DNA of 60,691 nt, counting the filler, from Sphacelaria rigidula (Eukaryota), in NCBI GenBank assembly GCA_964200075.2. It is 4 parts of 4 records of this genome, joined end to end, with 100 filler letters (N's around TTAATTAATTAA, not from the genome) between each part and the next. Parts side by side here need not be neighbours in the genome. Positions count along the whole stretch, not along the records: positions 45,597 to 60,691 come from CAXNAA020001907.1; 3 more parts are not named here. One strand, 5' to 3'. Below, in pieces: positions 59,010 through 60,691 of the stretch. Below the pieces are notes generated by a model. The model was not told the DNA's origin and did no database searches. It saw only the letters and a program-made list of their open reading frames with translations. Position numbers and translations under genes: made by a program. Within the stretch, counting starts at the first letter, position 1. Each line of letters begins with the position of its first letter.

Positions 59010-60691
59010 GTAAGCGTTTCACGATATCGGCCAGACTACAGTTGTAGCTTTGCACAGCGGGGCTACAATAGTAGTGTGCACAATAAATTGCATCGTCTCC
59101 TCGTTTTTGTGCGTCTCGGATAGTCTGCTGTGCTGTTCTCAGTTTGTTTACGGGGTCGCCGTCTCGAGGAGCGGCTGGTGAGCTGACTTACTAACCGAGA
59201 TGAGTCGCTCTAGCAGATTTTAATCCCTTGACCGCCCAGATGCCTTCTTAGCTGCCTATGGCACGGGCTTTGGGGACGTCGGAATAGGTGCTATTGCTGG
59301 GAAAACAACGTCTACACATGAAAAAAGCACAACTTCGACCCCAACGGCTGAGCCACGCTTACGCAGAGTTTCATTATTGTTCGCTTCTAAGCCACAACCT
59401 AAACCACGATCAGAGACACGGGCAACGGAAAGGGGAGATCACCAGGATCGGTGATAAGTCCGGCAGTAGATGTAGTCGTGCATCTCCAGATCTTCAAATT
59501 TTCATCGGCTTAATCGCAACCAAATATTCTGGAAGATCAAAACACGTGCACACACCTCCCTCAATGCTGGCGAAAGGCTGCGGCACGCTCATGGAACGAA
59601 AACCAAAAACAAGCTCCGAGCATCTCTTGCTAAACGCTCCATGGCCATCCAGCGCCTACCTACGCATACGAAAATATTGTGAAAACTCTCCAGAAACTAG
59701 TAGTACAGAGCATGGGGTGGTCGAAGGATCACCCCGGCACATCGTTGCTGCTGAAGTCTTTTTGCAGATGCATGTGTTTTTACTCGCGTTGATTCACGGA
59801 TGTTAGCCCCTTGCGAGCGAAATGCCACAGATTTACCATACAGCAGGTCGACCAATGGCAATAAATGACGAAAAGCCAGGGTTTGGAGACCGCGGAATCC
59901 CTAGGATATTACCATTGAGAGTGGTGCTCGCAAACGGGAGGGAAACGCTCTGCTACTATCGGGCCGGGCTCACAGATCCCTGAACACCAGCGGGCGATAT
60001 CGTTCCGAAAGGCGCCTTCGTGCTCAAGTGGTTTTGTAATGGATTGTTTTCCCTTCAGCCGATATGCAAACACACGCTGTGCTTATATCGAAATCCTTCT
60101 CTGTCGACAAAGATCCCCAGCATGCGCTGAAGGCAAGAGAGGGCCTGGCTGAATTGCTCATTCGTCGCTTTGTTGACCTGAAGACCTTATTGGGGAGGGG
60201 GAGGGCGGGTAGACCTCAAGAACATTCGCGATTGAAGTGCATCGATAACCGCGTTCTCAAAGGAACCCATTTATTCGGCATCAATGAAAACACAGAGGCG
60301 ATCTACAGATTATTTTTCCCCCTCCACCATGAATATAGGTCACTCTGTTACGAGCAGTGTTTAGTCTGTCGTAAACAGCATGCCAAAGCTCTTCCACGGG
60401 TGATGTTGACGGGTCGATTCCTGGACTTGGGTATATTCTTTTCTTCTCAAACTGTGAAAAGAAGAGTATTTTGCATAGTACCCTGCAGAAATTAAATATC
60501 CCTGAAATAGGGCACACTGCCCTCATAAAAATTCCGTCGTTGACGACCGAACGAGAGCGCCAAGTGCACACGCCTCACGATGTATACAAGGCAGGCACCA
60601 AGACATTAACCCTTTGGTAACCCTCCCCTCCCGTCCCCGGGCCAGACGCCTCATTATGAGAAGCCCTGACAAAGAAGAAAAGATTGAAACA

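Overview
Eukaryotic, intron-rich, repeat-rich nuclear DNA, most likely from a brown alga (Phaeophyceae/stramenopile; inferred from gene style and repeat content). The window is not one locus. It is four contigs of descending length (1-15103, 15204-30300, 30401-45496, 45597-60691) joined by artificial 100-bp N44-TTAATTAATTAA-N44 linkers. Manual splicing gives five genes: an AKTIP/Ft1-like inactive E2 variant (5'-partial), plastid-type ferredoxin-NADP+ reductase (5'-partial), a very long Listerin/LTN1 RING E3 ligase (5'-partial, one GC-AG intron), a small RNASEK/V-ATPase subunit f-like gene (apparently complete) and the first exon of a PPR protein. The rest holds a decayed Ty1/copia element, a tRNA-derived SINE and several non-autonomous TIR/foldback families. 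The most unusual are a CACGG-ended foldback whose empty site is visible nearby, and a TGT..ACA MITE carrying telomere-like repeats. I found no CRISPR array, intact transposase or clearly novel multi-gene system; most ORFs in the supplied track are spurious.
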